64,000 nucleotides of DNA, taken from a virus. Taxonomy: Duplodnaviria > Caudoviricetes. Within the stretch, counting starts at the first letter, position 1. Every line of letters starts with the position of its first letter. The translations under genes were made by a program, and so were the position numbers. Below, in pieces: positions 8,014 through 18,348 of the stretch. The DNA lies in the IMG/VR virus record IMGVR_UViG_3300046460_000154, positions 103 through 64,102 of that record; one strand, given 5' to 3'. Under the pieces are notes generated by a model. It had not been told where the DNA came from and did no database searches. It worked only from the letters and a program-made list of their open reading frames with translations.

Positions 8014-9318
8014 TTAAGCGACCATGGCCGCGAGCTGCGCATCGGTGCGCGTGCTGAGATGAGCGACCCGGCGAATGTATGCGTTGGCCTGGTTGGCCCC
8101 TGCCCCGTCTTGGCCGAGCCCGATGACCGGCGTTCCTGTGATGGGGGTGCCGCTGACGTCGTTGGAAGGCGAGCCGAGGGAGGACGTTACCCGCATGGCA
8201 AAATCGTTGCTGCCCCAGCGAACTGCCGCCTTGTAGTTCGTGTTGGCTGCGATGACGTTGGTGCTGACGAGATCAGCTTGCGTCACGCCGCCATTCACGA
8301 CGATGAAATGGACCTTGTTGTCCGTGCCGATGCGAAGCGCCATGTAATTGTTTGCATCAACATAGGCCGCCCAGAGCGTGCAGACTTTGCCGACCGCTGC
8401 GGCGGCCATGCTCCATTCCAGATACAAGCTCGCGCCTGCCAGAGCGACCGAGGCAGTGTCGTTGATCGTCGCTACATCACCGAGACGCTGGACGGCGGCG
8501 CTTGTAGTGCGCATTGGGGATGTTGCAAACGCCGCAAATTCGATCTGAGGCCAGCCGATGCGGAGGGTGATGTCGATCAGCACGCCAGTCGAGCAATTGA
8601 CGAAAATGCAGGGCACGACAAACGCCGTCGAAGCGTTGGTCAGGGTGGTTACTCCGACTTGCCGGGACGCGCCAAGATTCGCGCTGGAGGATGCCGGCGT
8701 GAAGGTTGGGCCGGTGATGAAGCCGAGATTGCCGCCACCCGCAGCACTCTGACGCGAGGCCAAGCCGATGTTTGTGATATTCGACATCGACCCGCTGCCG
8801 ACCATTTTCACGAAAGCTCCAGGCGCCCAGACCTGACCGTTCAAGGCGGCGATCTGCGCTACCGCTTCCGGGTAAATGACGATTGGCGTGACGCTGGTCG
8901 TTCCGGAAAGCCGGATATCGACGTAATCAATGCCGTTTTCAGTTCCACTGCCCACCACGCTAGAAACGGCAGTCCCCAACTGCCCAATTGCCCAGTTTGT
9001 TGGCAGGGTTCCTGGAGTTCCCGCGACCGACCCCTGAACGGCGCTGTTGCGAACCGCTGGCGTCCGCACTTCCTCGCAAAGGAATCCCTTGCTGGTGCGC
9101 CGCATGACGCCGCTCGCGAAGGATGACCACACACCGGAGCTATCATCCTCGTAGGCCACACTGGCGCGCGCGAACGTCACGGCGGATGAGACAGAGGCCG
9201 CCGGATAGGACAAGTTGTTGACCAGATCGAGGTCGAGCAAAGAGCCCGGCATCTGAAAGCCAACGCTGGACACGGCTGGAGACCCCAGCGCAAGGCCAAG
9301 GATGAGGTTTATCGGCAT
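8014..9318 (-). CDS. head-spike fibre-like protein with C-terminal LamG-like domain
   Basis: N-term MPINLILGLALG (RcGTA Rcc01080-like); FARAS and GFLCEEVRT motifs; beta-sandwich C-term. Confidence 0.65.
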   Translation of the reverse strand: MPINLILGLALGSPAVSSVGFQMPGSLLDLDLVNNLSYPAASVSSAVTFARASVAYEDDSSGVWSSFASGVMRRTSKGFLCEEVRTPAVRNSAVQGSVAGTPGTLPTNWAIGQLGTAVSSVVGSGTENGIDYVDIRLSGTTSVTPIVIYPEAVAQIAALNGQVWAPGAFVKMVGSGSMSNITNIGLASRQSAAGGGNLGFITGPTFTPASSSANLGASRQVGVTTLTNASTAFVVPCIFVNCSTGVLIDITLRIGWPQIEFAAFATSPMRTTSAAVQRLGDVATINDTASVALAGASLYLEWSMAAAAVGKVCTLWAAYVDANNYMALRIGTDNKVHFIVVNGGVTQADLVSTNVIAANTNYKAAVRWGSNDFAMRVTSSLGSPSNDVSGTPITGTPVIGLGQDGAGANQANAYIRRVAHLSTRTDAQLAAMVA

Positions 9319-9337
9319 CTTGAATCCTTGTGCTTTG

Positions 9338-9811
9338 CTAAGCGGCGGGCTCTTCCACCGGATCGGGAGCGTCCATCAGAACCTCTTCCGGAGGCTCCGG
9401 CGTCCTGTCCCTGATCGATCGTTCCAGCCCTTGGGTGAAATTGTTGAGGATGGAGTCGCTGATGATTTTCTCGGTCGCGGAGACAAGGCTTTCGAGCAAA
9501 GGCAAGTCCGCGTCTGGCTCCCCTGCCGAAGCCACCATCGACGCCTCTGCGGCAAGGTAATACAGGTCTTCGATGGCCTGCCCGTTGCTGGCGATGACGA
9601 GGTCAATGGCCCGGTAATGCTCGAAATATTCGAGGAAGGTCGGGGCCAGTTGGGCGAACGAGCTCGGGGCGGAAATCGTCGGCTGAAATTCCGCCGCGTA
9701 TGGGTCCGGAACCGTGCGAACGTAGACCGGCGAGCCATGCGCCATCGTGGCACGAAGCGCCGTGGCCAACTGTTCCCTGTAGGCGTCCATGGTCTCATTG
9801 GGCTTTGCCAT
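9338..9811 (-). CDS. hypothetical acidic protein (possible spike chaperone)
   Basis: RBS AGAGGA; lies between spike genes. Confidence 0.6.
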   Translation of the reverse strand: MAKPNETMDAYREQLATALRATMAHGSPVYVRTVPDPYAAEFQPTISAPSSFAQLAPTFLEYFEHYRAIDLVIASNGQAIEDLYYLAAEASMVASAGEPDADLPLLESLVSATEKIISDSILNNFTQGLERSIRDRTPEPPEEVLMDAPDPVEEPAA

Positions 9812-9834
9812 CGGCTTCCTCTTTTGCATCGTCA

Positions 9835-11397
9835 CTAGCGAACGGTCTGGAAGTCCATGCGGATCACATAGGCTTTCGTGGTGCCGGTCTTGTTCTTGAG
9901 TTTGATCATCCCGTCGCCGGCATCCCGATAGAGCGCCTGGTCCGTTCCAGTGTCGGTGTTCACCCACTTAGCGGAGGGATCATAAAGCTCGGCCGGTGTT
10001 CCGCCGGGAAACAACGCAAGCGCCGCGCAATAGCCATTGTTGATCTGAACGACACTGACTTGACCGCGCTGCGTGTCAGGGCAGATTGTGAAAGTCGCCG
10101 CGTCGGCAATGTTCATCACCCTCGGGAATCCAACCGCGCCGAGATCTACGGTCTGAAACACGGAAAGATCGTCCACGACGCCGCTGCCGTCATATCCTGT
10201 CAACACCGCCTCAGCCGAAATGCGGATGTTCTTGAACGTGCCAGAGACTTCGCCGCCCACAGGTGTCTGTTTGTAGATCCCGATCGGGTGGCGCTGCGTG
10301 ACGCTTGCTCCGCCCTGATCGTCATAAATGACGCAGCCCGCACCGAGCGAAACATCTTCGATGACCTTGTCGGGCAACAGCGCGAATGTCAGCCCGCCGC
10401 GATGAACTGAGGGAGATGCCCCGCCTTTGCTCTGCCAGTTGTTCTTACTGTGAAGAACACCGATAGCAGCGCCCTTGATGGCTCCCGCCAGAAGAACCCC
10501 GGCCGCACCGCAACCATGCGTCCTGACGACGCCCAGAACGATGTCCGAGCAATCGATAACATCGACACCGTTCCCGCCTGTCGCGCCGTTCGATACGTCT
10601 AGGTCATCGAGTGTCAGGCCGACATTGTTGGCGAAGTAGAGCGAGCCCGCATCACCGTCGCGGACCTTGATGCCGATGCATTCGAAATCGGTTTGGCCCG
10701 TGACGGAAACGCTATCCAGTCCGGTGGCGTTGTGGTCGCCATTCTTGACGAAATTGCGCGTACCCCCCGACGTGAAAGCAATGGCCTGCTTTCTGTCGGA
10801 ACTGACGAGCGTCGAACGGCTGAGCGTGCCGCAATCATTCGTCCGGTAGTTGATGACGCCGCTGAGATTGCAGCCGCTGAAAATGCAGGCAATGCCCCGC
10901 GTGTTGAACCAATAGCACCCGTCATAGACAACGTCGGTCGCTTGATAATTGGTGCAGAGATTGTTAAAATTGGTAAGGTTCGGACGGTTGCCGTCAAAGG
11001 TTATATTGAGAAAACGGACCCTGGTCTTGGCGTTGACTTCGAACAAGAGCGGATTCGCAGTCGATCCGGCGACAGGACGGAGGGTCGATTTTCCCGATGC
11101 AATGATGGTCTGGTTGTCGTTGCAAGGTAGCCTATCATTAATCGGCGACGTGCCTTCAGGGCCAAAAACCCATGTACGGCCCGTTGCCAGGGCTTTCTTC
11201 CAAGCCGCTGTTACCCGAGCGCCGTGAGCGTCACTGGTGGAGTTTGCCAGGATAAGGGCTTTGTCGGACTTGCTCAGGTTGTCGGAAACACAGATCGTCT
11301 CAAACAGCTTGTCATAAACGCTCGTGGGAACGCCGTCTGGCGGCGTGAGATACATAGGAAGCCCACTGCGCTGCCCGAGCGAGGTAAGCGCGCTCAT
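9835..11397 (-). CDS. tailspike/depolymerase with right-handed beta-helix
   Basis: NITFDGN and repeated beta-helix rungs; ATGA-coupled to the upstream small gene. Confidence 0.75.
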   Translation of the reverse strand: MSALTSLGQRSGLPMYLTPPDGVPTSVYDKLFETICVSDNLSKSDKALILANSTSDAHGARVTAAWKKALATGRTWVFGPEGTSPINDRLPCNDNQTIIASGKSTLRPVAGSTANPLLFEVNAKTRVRFLNITFDGNRPNLTNFNNLCTNYQATDVVYDGCYWFNTRGIACIFSGCNLSGVINYRTNDCGTLSRSTLVSSDRKQAIAFTSGGTRNFVKNGDHNATGLDSVSVTGQTDFECIGIKVRDGDAGSLYFANNVGLTLDDLDVSNGATGGNGVDVIDCSDIVLGVVRTHGCGAAGVLLAGAIKGAAIGVLHSKNNWQSKGGASPSVHRGGLTFALLPDKVIEDVSLGAGCVIYDDQGGASVTQRHPIGIYKQTPVGGEVSGTFKNIRISAEAVLTGYDGSGVVDDLSVFQTVDLGAVGFPRVMNIADAATFTICPDTQRGQVSVVQINNGYCAALALFPGGTPAELYDPSAKWVNTDTGTDQALYRDAGDGMIKLKNKTGTTKAYVIRMDFQTVR

Positions 11398-11741
11398 GCG
11401 GCAATCCACGCGAGCTTGTCGCCGGGCTGACAGCCAAAGTCATAATCCATACCGGCATAGAGGGAATGACGAGGGCCGTTCGTCGGGTCTGGGCTTCTCC
11501 CAATGGCGACGTACGAATCCTGTGCCGCCTTAACCCGAAAGCACGGTTGGCCGCCGACAAAATCCTGGCTGATAATCCCCAGAGCGACGGCGCTGTTGAT
11601 ATCTGGCGCCGTCCGTGTCGTTGCCACTCCGGAGTCAGGGCTTGCATCCCATGCCGGGGCCGTGATGACGGGCATCTCGCTTCCCCGAGGACCGAGAACA
11701 CCGGAGAAACAGCAAGCCACATGGAAACTCGGGAGAGCCAT
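11394..11741 (-). CDS. small beta-rich virion protein (possible spike base/adaptor)
   Basis: FRVKAAQDSYVAIG..GDKLAWIAA; coupled to the spike gene. Confidence 0.65.
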   Translation of the reverse strand: MALPSFHVACCFSGVLGPRGSEMPVITAPAWDASPDSGVATTRTAPDINSAVALGIISQDFVGGQPCFRVKAAQDSYVAIGRSPDPTNGPRHSLYAGMDYDFGCQPGDKLAWIAA

Positions 11742-11770
11742 GGAAATTATCCTGATGCTATGAAGGCATA

Positions 11771-11795
11771 GAAAAAGCCGCCTCGAAGGGCGGCT
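11771..11795 (-). terminator. intrinsic terminator
   Basis: AGCCGCCC-TTCG-AGGCGGCT-TTTT on the minus strand. Confidence 0.75.
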
Positions 11796-11819
11796 GTGTG
11801 CGGTGGTGAGCGGAGATTG

Positions 11820-12077
11820 CTAGGCTATGATCTTGAGCCAATCCCGGAGGCCGTCGTCCTTCAGATGCTCAACCCAGCCGGCATCGTCGATCTGACCCGA
11901 GAGGCGGCAGTCCAGCAACTCGCGAAACCCCTCTTCCGCCGATTTCGGAGGAGTGAATTCCGGGAGAGAGCGGAGAAGATTAACCGGGTCTTCCGCCAAA
12001 TCCATCGTGAGATTCCCGCGCAAAAAGCCCACAATCGCGGCGACCTGCCTTGCGGTGATGATATGCTGCTGTTCCAA
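11820..12077 (-). CDS. hypothetical protein (possible fibre chaperone)
   Basis: TTG start with GGAG RBS right after the spike stop. Confidence 0.5.
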   Translation of the reverse strand: MEQQHIITARQVAAIVGFLRGNLTMDLAEDPVNLLRSLPEFTPPKSAEEGFRELLDCRLSGQIDDAGWVEHLKDDGLRDWLKIIA

Positions 12078-12078
12078 G

Positions 12079-13383
12079 TTATGCTCCAATCGAACCGTGA
12101 GTGGTGAAAGCCGCTTGCAGCGCCGCGACACGGGCGGCGAGCTGGGGAAGAGTGACACTGGCCACATCATAGGTAGCGGCCTTGTTCGGGGTGCCGGTCA
12201 TAGCCGTCCAGCCCGTATCGCGAGCGCCGAGCACCTGCACATTGTTGACCTTGAGGACATTGCCGGTGATGAGGTTGACGGAGTTGTTGAAGTCCCACGC
12301 GGACGTGACCGAGCCGTAGCGGAACCAAGCGGAACCATATGCCCCGAACACCTTGTAGCCAGAGGCGAGCGGGTTGGCCGAACTGGTGTTGTTGTAGGTG
12401 ACGGCACCATAGATGCGCTGGTCTGCTGACATGGCAATCGCGGCCTGATTGGCGCCTAGATCCGCGTTGCCGATGTCAAAGCCACGGTTGATCTTGCCAC
12501 GGGCGCCAAAGGCGAAGTCAATCGCCTGCGTGCCCTCCGAGATGATGCTGATCGCGCGCCACATCGCCTCCTGCGCACCCGTCGCATTGTTGCGCTCGAA
12601 GTGCAAAGCAAAGCCCGTGCCGTTGATATCCTTGGTCCCCGCCTTGACGTAGAATTCGCCGATGACGGCATTAACGTGGTCAACCCAAGCCGTAACGCCA
12701 CCACCCATGACGTTGCCGGCCGGCTGCGCAAGGAAGTGTGTCGCGCCAGCTTTGTTGCTCCATATATCGACGCCGGTCGTGAAGGCTGTCGCATCGCCTT
12801 GGCCATGATGGTCGATCTTCATCTGCTGGAAGGCCCAGCCCGTGCGGCCGTCCGTCCAGTCCGTGGCTAGGTTCTTGCCGGCGGTAGTACCAACGCGACC
12901 ATAGCCAACCACTGCTGCGGTTTCGAGGCGCTGTATGTATTCTCCCGTTCCTGGGTCACCGAGCGTTGTCGCGCCCTGAACTCTGAACCCGAGCGGCAAG
13001 AGCGTCTTGCTCCAGTCGCCATTGCCCGCCGTCAGGATACTCCCATTTCCGCCTGGCGACGGGTTGACGGCAGGGGCGGCATCAAGGAAACTGAAATACC
13101 GGAACTGCTTGTTTATGCCAGCTTGAACAACGCCCGGTCCTTCGAAGCGCTTTCCAACGAGCTGCCCGCCATTGTCATCGGTGCCGTATTTGAACGTGCC
13201 CAAGGGCAGGAATACGCCGCCATTAGCCGCCGCTGCCGCAAGCGCCGTAGCGTCGTCTGTTGTCCCGTCCCCTACCGCACCAAGGTTCTTCGCGTTATTT
13301 ACATCCGCCAGATAGTCGGCAAACGTCCGCGATGCGGTGCCGCCCGTGGCCGTGACGCGAGCCAGTGCAAGATTTGTTGGCAT
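12079..13383 (-). CDS. tailspike/fibre with pectate-lyase-3-like N-terminal motif
   Basis: NAKNLGAVGDGTTDDATAL; C-term QVLGARDTGWTAMTGT..LAARVAAL..HG trimer cap. Confidence 0.8.
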   Translation of the reverse strand: MPTNLALARVTATGGTASRTFADYLADVNNAKNLGAVGDGTTDDATALAAAAANGGVFLPLGTFKYGTDDNGGQLVGKRFEGPGVVQAGINKQFRYFSFLDAAPAVNPSPGGNGSILTAGNGDWSKTLLPLGFRVQGATTLGDPGTGEYIQRLETAAVVGYGRVGTTAGKNLATDWTDGRTGWAFQQMKIDHHGQGDATAFTTGVDIWSNKAGATHFLAQPAGNVMGGGVTAWVDHVNAVIGEFYVKAGTKDINGTGFALHFERNNATGAQEAMWRAISIISEGTQAIDFAFGARGKINRGFDIGNADLGANQAAIAMSADQRIYGAVTYNNTSSANPLASGYKVFGAYGSAWFRYGSVTSAWDFNNSVNLITGNVLKVNNVQVLGARDTGWTAMTGTPNKAATYDVASVTLPQLAARVAALQAAFTTHGSIGA

Positions 13384-13403
13384 GTCGTTATCCTGTCGGG
13401 AGC

Positions 13404-13619
13404 TTAGGCGGTGCCGGGGTGGCGGAACGTGTCGTCGATGAACGTCAGCCGGCCTTGATCATCGGTGAAATCGATGACGCCGAGGTCATCCACAAAAACG
13501 GGCATCTGAGAAACAAAGAAGCCGTCAAACGGGCCGATCCATTCCAGCCCGTCTTCTTCCTGAGTAATCCAGGCGAGGCCGTCGCTCTCTTGATCGAGCC
13601 ATTCCAGCACTGCGGCCAT
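13404..13619 (-). CDS. small acidic tail adaptor-like protein
   Basis: TGATG coupling; repeated D/E-G hairpin motifs. Confidence 0.55.
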   Translation of the reverse strand: MAAVLEWLDQESDGLAWITQEEDGLEWIGPFDGFFVSQMPVFVDDLGVIDFTDDQGRLTFIDDTFRHPGTA

Positions 13620-13957
13620 CAGGCGCCCTCGGTCGTCACGGTCTTGACGAGACGCACCGTGACCTTGTCGGAAATCGTCACCGTGTCCCCGTTTTCGATC
13701 CTCATATCCGTGAAGTAGAGACCGGGCCTGATTGTCAGGCTTTGCTCGGGCGAGCCGGTGGCAAACCACATGGCCGGAGTGTCGCCGTCCTCTGGGAGAT
13801 AGGCGACTTCGAACTCCAGCAGTTCTTCTCCCGCCGGATCGCTCCCTGATTTGCGTTTCAGGGCACACCGGACATCTTCGCTTCCGGTGAAATCGCCATC
13901 CGTGATGCTGAGAAATATCGGCAGGGTTGAGCCCTGTCGCCACGTGTAGGTTGTCAT
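13619..13957 (-). CDS. BppU-like Ig-fold tail adaptor
   Basis: YTWRQGST..PGLYFTDMRIE..TVT. Confidence 0.6.
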   Translation of the reverse strand: MTTYTWRQGSTLPIFLSITDGDFTGSEDVRCALKRKSGSDPAGEELLEFEVAYLPEDGDTPAMWFATGSPEQSLTIRPGLYFTDMRIENGDTVTISDKVTVRLVKTVTTEGA

Positions 13958-13969
13958 GTGGATTCCTCG

Positions 13970-15997
13970 TCAGGTGCCGGTCAGGGTTTGCAATTCAACC
14001 CAATCGGTATTGAGAACGTGACCCGTACCCGTGGCGATGCGGCGCCAACCGGTGATGAGATAATCGTCCGTACCATCCGAGGTGACAGAGGGGCCGATTT
14101 TCTTCGTCTCCCAGCCTTTCGGATACCAACCGGACGCGGGCAAGATCGACGACGCCTGCACGGTCATGCTGACAATATCGCCATAGGTGGCTGAGGTCGG
14201 ATCGCAGTCGGCGATGATGTACTTGAAGCCCCATTCCGGTTCGGGAATGTTGCGGATGCCCTTGTTCGAGGCATCGCTTCCGAGCGCGAGGGGCTGGCAG
14301 ACCAGCGTGTTATCGGACCATACGTGCTGGTCCATGGTCGCATCCGTGACGCGGGCCACATTCGAGATTCGGTTGCTGCCGACCTGCGCACCATAGCTCG
14401 ACCCGAGACTGATGGCGGTCGGAGCCGCGAAACCGTTGTCATAGGTGCCGTCCGCGTTGGAATTGGAACTTAGGCGGTAATGATCCCCGTCGATCGTGTT
14501 GTTGTTTATCTTGACGTTGACCAGTTCACCCGACACGCCGCTGAGATAGATCGAACGCTCAAGCACATCTGTAATGATGTTGCCCGAAATGTCTCCGCCG
14601 AGCATCACCGGAGTGACGCCGGACTGATAGATGAGGACGATCCCCTCGGTCGTATGCGAAATGGTGTTATCCTTGACGGTCGCCACCCTGCCGACCGTGA
14701 GATTAATGGCGGACCCGATGCGAAGATCTGCGTCTGCTACCGCATAGTCATCGTTGAAGGTCGTGCTCCCGGGAGCGCCGTAGCCCCAATCAGAATAATT
14801 CGGCACTGCCGGGAGCGAGCGAGCGAACGTGTTCCTTGAGACATCGACATTTTCGATTGGCGGGAATGCATCTGCTGCGACTTGGCTATCCGCATTCTGG
14901 TAATCCCAGATGTATTCGAATGCCCCGGTCGTCACCGCCGGGTTTCCCGGTATGACGTTGCCGCTCTCGGTCGTGCCGCGTGGTGTGAATGCCCCGACGA
15001 TTACTATCCCACCGCTGCTGCCGATGCAATTTAGCCCGATGTTGTCGACGATCTTGATGTTGCCCGCCGGATGCGTTCCCTCGGCAGTGTCGTAGCTGAC
15101 CCGAGCAAAGGTCGTCCGATAGCGATTGGCATTGTTCCCCGCGATGATGACTTGGCGCGCAGCCAGCGCCGATATGGGAGTTGCCGTGTCGCGAAACGTG
15201 TTACCCGTGGCGATAAGGCCTTCCCGTCGCGGGCTGCCGTCGTCAGGGTCGTAGTTGTCCGTGGAGACATATTTTCCGCCATGGAACGCAATATTGTCGT
15301 CGCCAAGCCTTTCAAAGTGACAATTCGTCACCGAGCCGTAGAAACTCTCGCGCATGCGGGCGCCATCGGCCGCAACGTCAACGAACGTGCAATGGTCGAA
15401 CGACGTTCGCTGGTTGAAATGCGTGTCCGTCGCCATGCAGTAGATGTTTTTCCACTGGCAGTAAGAGAACTTCAGTTCCTGATAGTGGTCGAGGAAGATC
15501 GCCCCGGTGTAGTTGCTTCCAGTTTCCCTACCCGCCTGGCCAAAAGTGCCCTTGAAGGTAACCCCATGGAAATAGAGGAAGGTTTTGGCAGCGTCGTTGG
15601 TCGCGTTGTAGATTAGCTGTTTCGGCGTTCCACTGTTTCCCTCATGGAAATAGAGGACGGAGCTGCCATATTCACCGACGACACTGAACCCTCCCACGCC
15701 CGGATCAAGAGACGCGCCACTCTGCGCAAAATAGTATTTCCCGGCCGGAACCTTGACCTTCCCGCCCGTCGCCTGCGCCCTTGTGAATGCTCGTTGGAAA
15801 GCCTCGGTGTTATCCGTGCTGGATTCGGGGTCTCCCGCGTCATAATCCGCCACGGCGCCCAATACCAGGACGTTGAAGGTGGTGACCGGAACAGCAATGG
15901 TGTTGCCGTCGTCATCGAGGGCCGGCATGGAAGTGAGCCCTGCTGCAGTCGATGCGAGGCCCGCCAGATATTCATTGAAAGGCTGGGTAAGCGCCAT
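13970..15997 (-). CDS. tailspike/depolymerase (pectate-lyase-like beta-helix)
   Basis: FNVLVLGAVAD..DNTEAFQRAF..GGKVKVPAGKY; many parallel beta-helix repeats. Confidence 0.85.
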   Translation of the reverse strand: MALTQPFNEYLAGLASTAAGLTSMPALDDDGNTIAVPVTTFNVLVLGAVADYDAGDPESSTDNTEAFQRAFTRAQATGGKVKVPAGKYYFAQSGASLDPGVGGFSVVGEYGSSVLYFHEGNSGTPKQLIYNATNDAAKTFLYFHGVTFKGTFGQAGRETGSNYTGAIFLDHYQELKFSYCQWKNIYCMATDTHFNQRTSFDHCTFVDVAADGARMRESFYGSVTNCHFERLGDDNIAFHGGKYVSTDNYDPDDGSPRREGLIATGNTFRDTATPISALAARQVIIAGNNANRYRTTFARVSYDTAEGTHPAGNIKIVDNIGLNCIGSSGGIVIVGAFTPRGTTESGNVIPGNPAVTTGAFEYIWDYQNADSQVAADAFPPIENVDVSRNTFARSLPAVPNYSDWGYGAPGSTTFNDDYAVADADLRIGSAINLTVGRVATVKDNTISHTTEGIVLIYQSGVTPVMLGGDISGNIITDVLERSIYLSGVSGELVNVKINNNTIDGDHYRLSSNSNADGTYDNGFAAPTAISLGSSYGAQVGSNRISNVARVTDATMDQHVWSDNTLVCQPLALGSDASNKGIRNIPEPEWGFKYIIADCDPTSATYGDIVSMTVQASSILPASGWYPKGWETKKIGPSVTSDGTDDYLITGWRRIATGTGHVLNTDWVELQTLTGT

Positions 15998-17215
15998 TTA
16001 TTTGCCCCTCGTATCGGTCCAGCCGTAGGTAATGATCTGGAGATTGGTGGCGGCGGTGGTCGCGCGCGTGCGGACCTGACCGCTCGTGTTCGTCCGGATG
16101 TCGATGTCGTTGCGGTCCCCGGAGCCGCTAACGGCGCCGATGGACACACCTGGCGTGTCCACCAATTGAGGATCGACGTCGGGAACATCGAGGGCAGAAA
16201 CCAGAATGCCCCAGTTTGACCCGGCATTGTCGCCGCGAAGCCTGAGTTTCGCCCACGCCTTGATTCCTGATGGAACCGTTAGCGTCCGGGTGGACATTAA
16301 TGTTCCCTGCGCCACATCCACGTCGAGAACCGGCGTCTGCAATAGGAATTCATCGCCGAACTGGGAGAAGGCCCGGATCGACCCGCTCGCCCTTATGATG
16401 GAGCCAATGCGGCGGCGGATTGTGTAGTTGGCCGGCATCGTGGGCGACGTCGCCGAGGTGGAAAACAGGACGTCCACAACGCCCGTATCGGGACGCTTGA
16501 TCGCAAACAAATGATAGGTGGCGTTGGCGATCGAGCCTGTGTCCAGCCCTCCCTGCCCCGTCCCAACTGTCCATGCAGCGTCAAGTCGCTTTGTCAGTGC
16601 GGACCCGAGGTTGATGACGGAGGTGTTGGTGCTATCGACGCATGAGCCCGCATCGACGTCGATATCGTTGGTCGCATCCGAACTGTTGTTTGAAAGCGTG
16701 AAACCGGAGAGATAATTCCTCATGTCGGCTACGCCGGCACCTGAAACGCTCGTGCTGCGGAATGCCGAGCCGTCGCGAATGATAGTCGCGGTGACGCCCT
16801 GGGGAATTGGCAAGGTGGTCGAGGCGTTGATTTGCTCCGAGCCGTTCGGATCAACCGTGACCGTCCCGCCATCGGCAATGATTGTTACGTGCCAGCCCGC
16901 ACTGAGCGTGGAAGTAGCCGCCAGAGACAGAGTAGCCGCCGCCGAAAACCGAATGATGGCGTTGTTGTCGGCTGCAACCGCCGTGTAATTGCCGCTCTTC
17001 GTGGCATAGGTCGCCGCCTGATCAACGCCGAGACCAGTCCGCGCGGCTGCCGCCGTCGTCGCCCCAGTGCCCCCGGCCACGATGGGCCGCGCCGAATTAA
17101 ACTCAGCCCCGATATCGTCCACCAGCGTGTTGTGGCCAACAGAGGTGATCTCTTCGTTGGGAATAGCGAGCGTTCCCGCAGGTGCGCTCCATACACCCGA
17201 ACCGTTGCGTGGCAT
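15998..17215 (-). CDS. tail fibre protein
   Basis: MPRNGSGVWSAP anchor; GGTGATTAAAAR motif; fibre-tip-like C-term. Confidence 0.8.
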   Translation of the reverse strand: MPRNGSGVWSAPAGTLAIPNEEITSVGHNTLVDDIGAEFNSARPIVAGGTGATTAAAARTGLGVDQAATYATKSGNYTAVAADNNAIIRFSAAATLSLAATSTLSAGWHVTIIADGGTVTVDPNGSEQINASTTLPIPQGVTATIIRDGSAFRSTSVSGAGVADMRNYLSGFTLSNNSSDATNDIDVDAGSCVDSTNTSVINLGSALTKRLDAAWTVGTGQGGLDTGSIANATYHLFAIKRPDTGVVDVLFSTSATSPTMPANYTIRRRIGSIIRASGSIRAFSQFGDEFLLQTPVLDVDVAQGTLMSTRTLTVPSGIKAWAKLRLRGDNAGSNWGILVSALDVPDVDPQLVDTPGVSIGAVSGSGDRNDIDIRTNTSGQVRTRATTAATNLQIITYGWTDTRGK

Positions 17216-17234
17216 CTATTATCCTTTCGGCATA

Positions 17235-17259
17235 GAAAAAGGCCCCCAAAAGGGAGCCT
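17235..17259 (-). terminator. intrinsic terminator upstream of the fibre cluster
   Basis: AGGCTCCC-TTTT-GGGGGCCT-TTTT on the minus strand. Confidence 0.65.
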
Positions 17260-17316
17260 GGTGTCAGTTTTGACTCTTGGTAGAGGGCGTGATTTCATCC
17301 CGGAAAACGGGAGGGG

Positions 17317-17601
17317 ATGATGACTGAGGCGGAGATAAAACTTGAAGCGCGACTAATCGCGTTGGAGCGTTTCGCCTGCCACTCTCACAACGGCATGATC
17401 CGCATCTTGAAGCAGATGACAGGGCTCAACGATAACCAGATCAATGACCTAGAAGCACAAGCCCTAGAGCAACTGAGGCTAGTCCCAGTGCAAGGACTGC
17501 CGCCAGAGCTATCAGACGTTCTCGCCGACGAAGTTTTTCACGATCTGAAACGGCTGATAGAAAGTGCGGGTGCGCTGAGAACGGGGCAGGCGGAAATATG
17601 A
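17317..17601 (+). CDS. moron hypothetical protein
   Basis: GGAGG RBS; opposite strand to the late operon. Confidence 0.65.
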   Translation: MMTEAEIKLEARLIALERFACHSHNGMIRILKQMTGLNDNQINDLEAQALEQLRLVPVQGLPPELSDVLADEVFHDLKRLIESAGALRTGQAEI

Positions 17602-17743
17602 GAATCTCGGCTGCATCTTCCATCGTCCAAACGCGCCCATCAGACGCTCCGAAAAGGGTGCCCTTCGCCATCTTCAATTTCCTCTCGGTCTCGACTCTTG
17701 GTTGATGTTGTGGTTTTCTTCTCCCTCTTTCGGGGGAGTGGTC

Positions 17744-17956
17744 ATGAAGCTTGTTGCTTTATGCGGTTTACTTGCCGCTATTGTTTTGTCTGGCTGCCAG
17801 ACCGCTGAGACGCCTTCTCGCTATTCGAAGACACCGCCGAAGACCAAGGCGGAATGGTGTCTGCTAGGCGGTAAACTCCTAGGAGACCCTTACCTGTCCG
17901 ATTGGCAGAAACTATCAATCTACGAGAAGCTTCGAAACCGAGGGTGTCTCCAATGA
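17744..17956 (+). CDS. moron lipoprotein
   Basis: MKLVALCGLLAAIVLSGC lipobox. Confidence 0.7.
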   Translation: MKLVALCGLLAAIVLSGCQTAETPSRYSKTPPKTKAEWCLLGGKLLGDPYLSDWQKLSIYEKLRNRGCLQ

Positions 17957-18336
17957 GATTTCCGGTTGCGGTCCTCATTATTCTGGTCCCCACCATGGCC
18001 AGCGGAGATTATTTCACAGGGAATGACCTGCATTCCTTCTGCACCAATAACCGAGGCGTTGTCTCCGGATACGTTGCCGGTTGGATGGGGAAACGTGAAG
18101 ACGACGCGGACGTAATGACGAAGGCCCTCGCGCCAGTGAAGGGTCGTGAAAGGCGGATGCTAATCGCTGTAGGCGACACTTTGCTGAAGGCCTGTATTCC
18201 CCAGTCGGCTACTTTGGACCAACTCGTTGATGTGCTATGCAAGACGTTGAGAAACGTACCCGAAGAACGGCACATCGACGCAACCAAACTCATGAGCGTG
18301 TCGATGTTCATTTCTTTCCCATGCCAGCCTAAGTAA
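17953..18336 (+). CDS. Rap1a/Tai-family immunity protein
   Basis: signal peptide; TGNDLHSFC..GYVAG..CIP..T..QL..P..RH..FPC. Confidence 0.8.
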   Translation: MRFPVAVLIILVPTMASGDYFTGNDLHSFCTNNRGVVSGYVAGWMGKREDDADVMTKALAPVKGRERRMLIAVGDTLLKACIPQSATLDQLVDVLCKTLRNVPEERHIDATKLMSVSMFISFPCQPK

Positions 18337-18348
18337 CAGGACACCAGA

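Noticed and set aside
8014-17215. Diversity-generating retroelement or invertible tail-fibre switch
   Set aside because: No reverse transcriptase, invertase, TR/VR pair or flanking inverted repeats noticed
17441-17677. Minus-strand 78-aa ORF in the moron region
   Set aside because: Largely antisense to the better-supported 17317..17601 gene; cannot be supported without homology data
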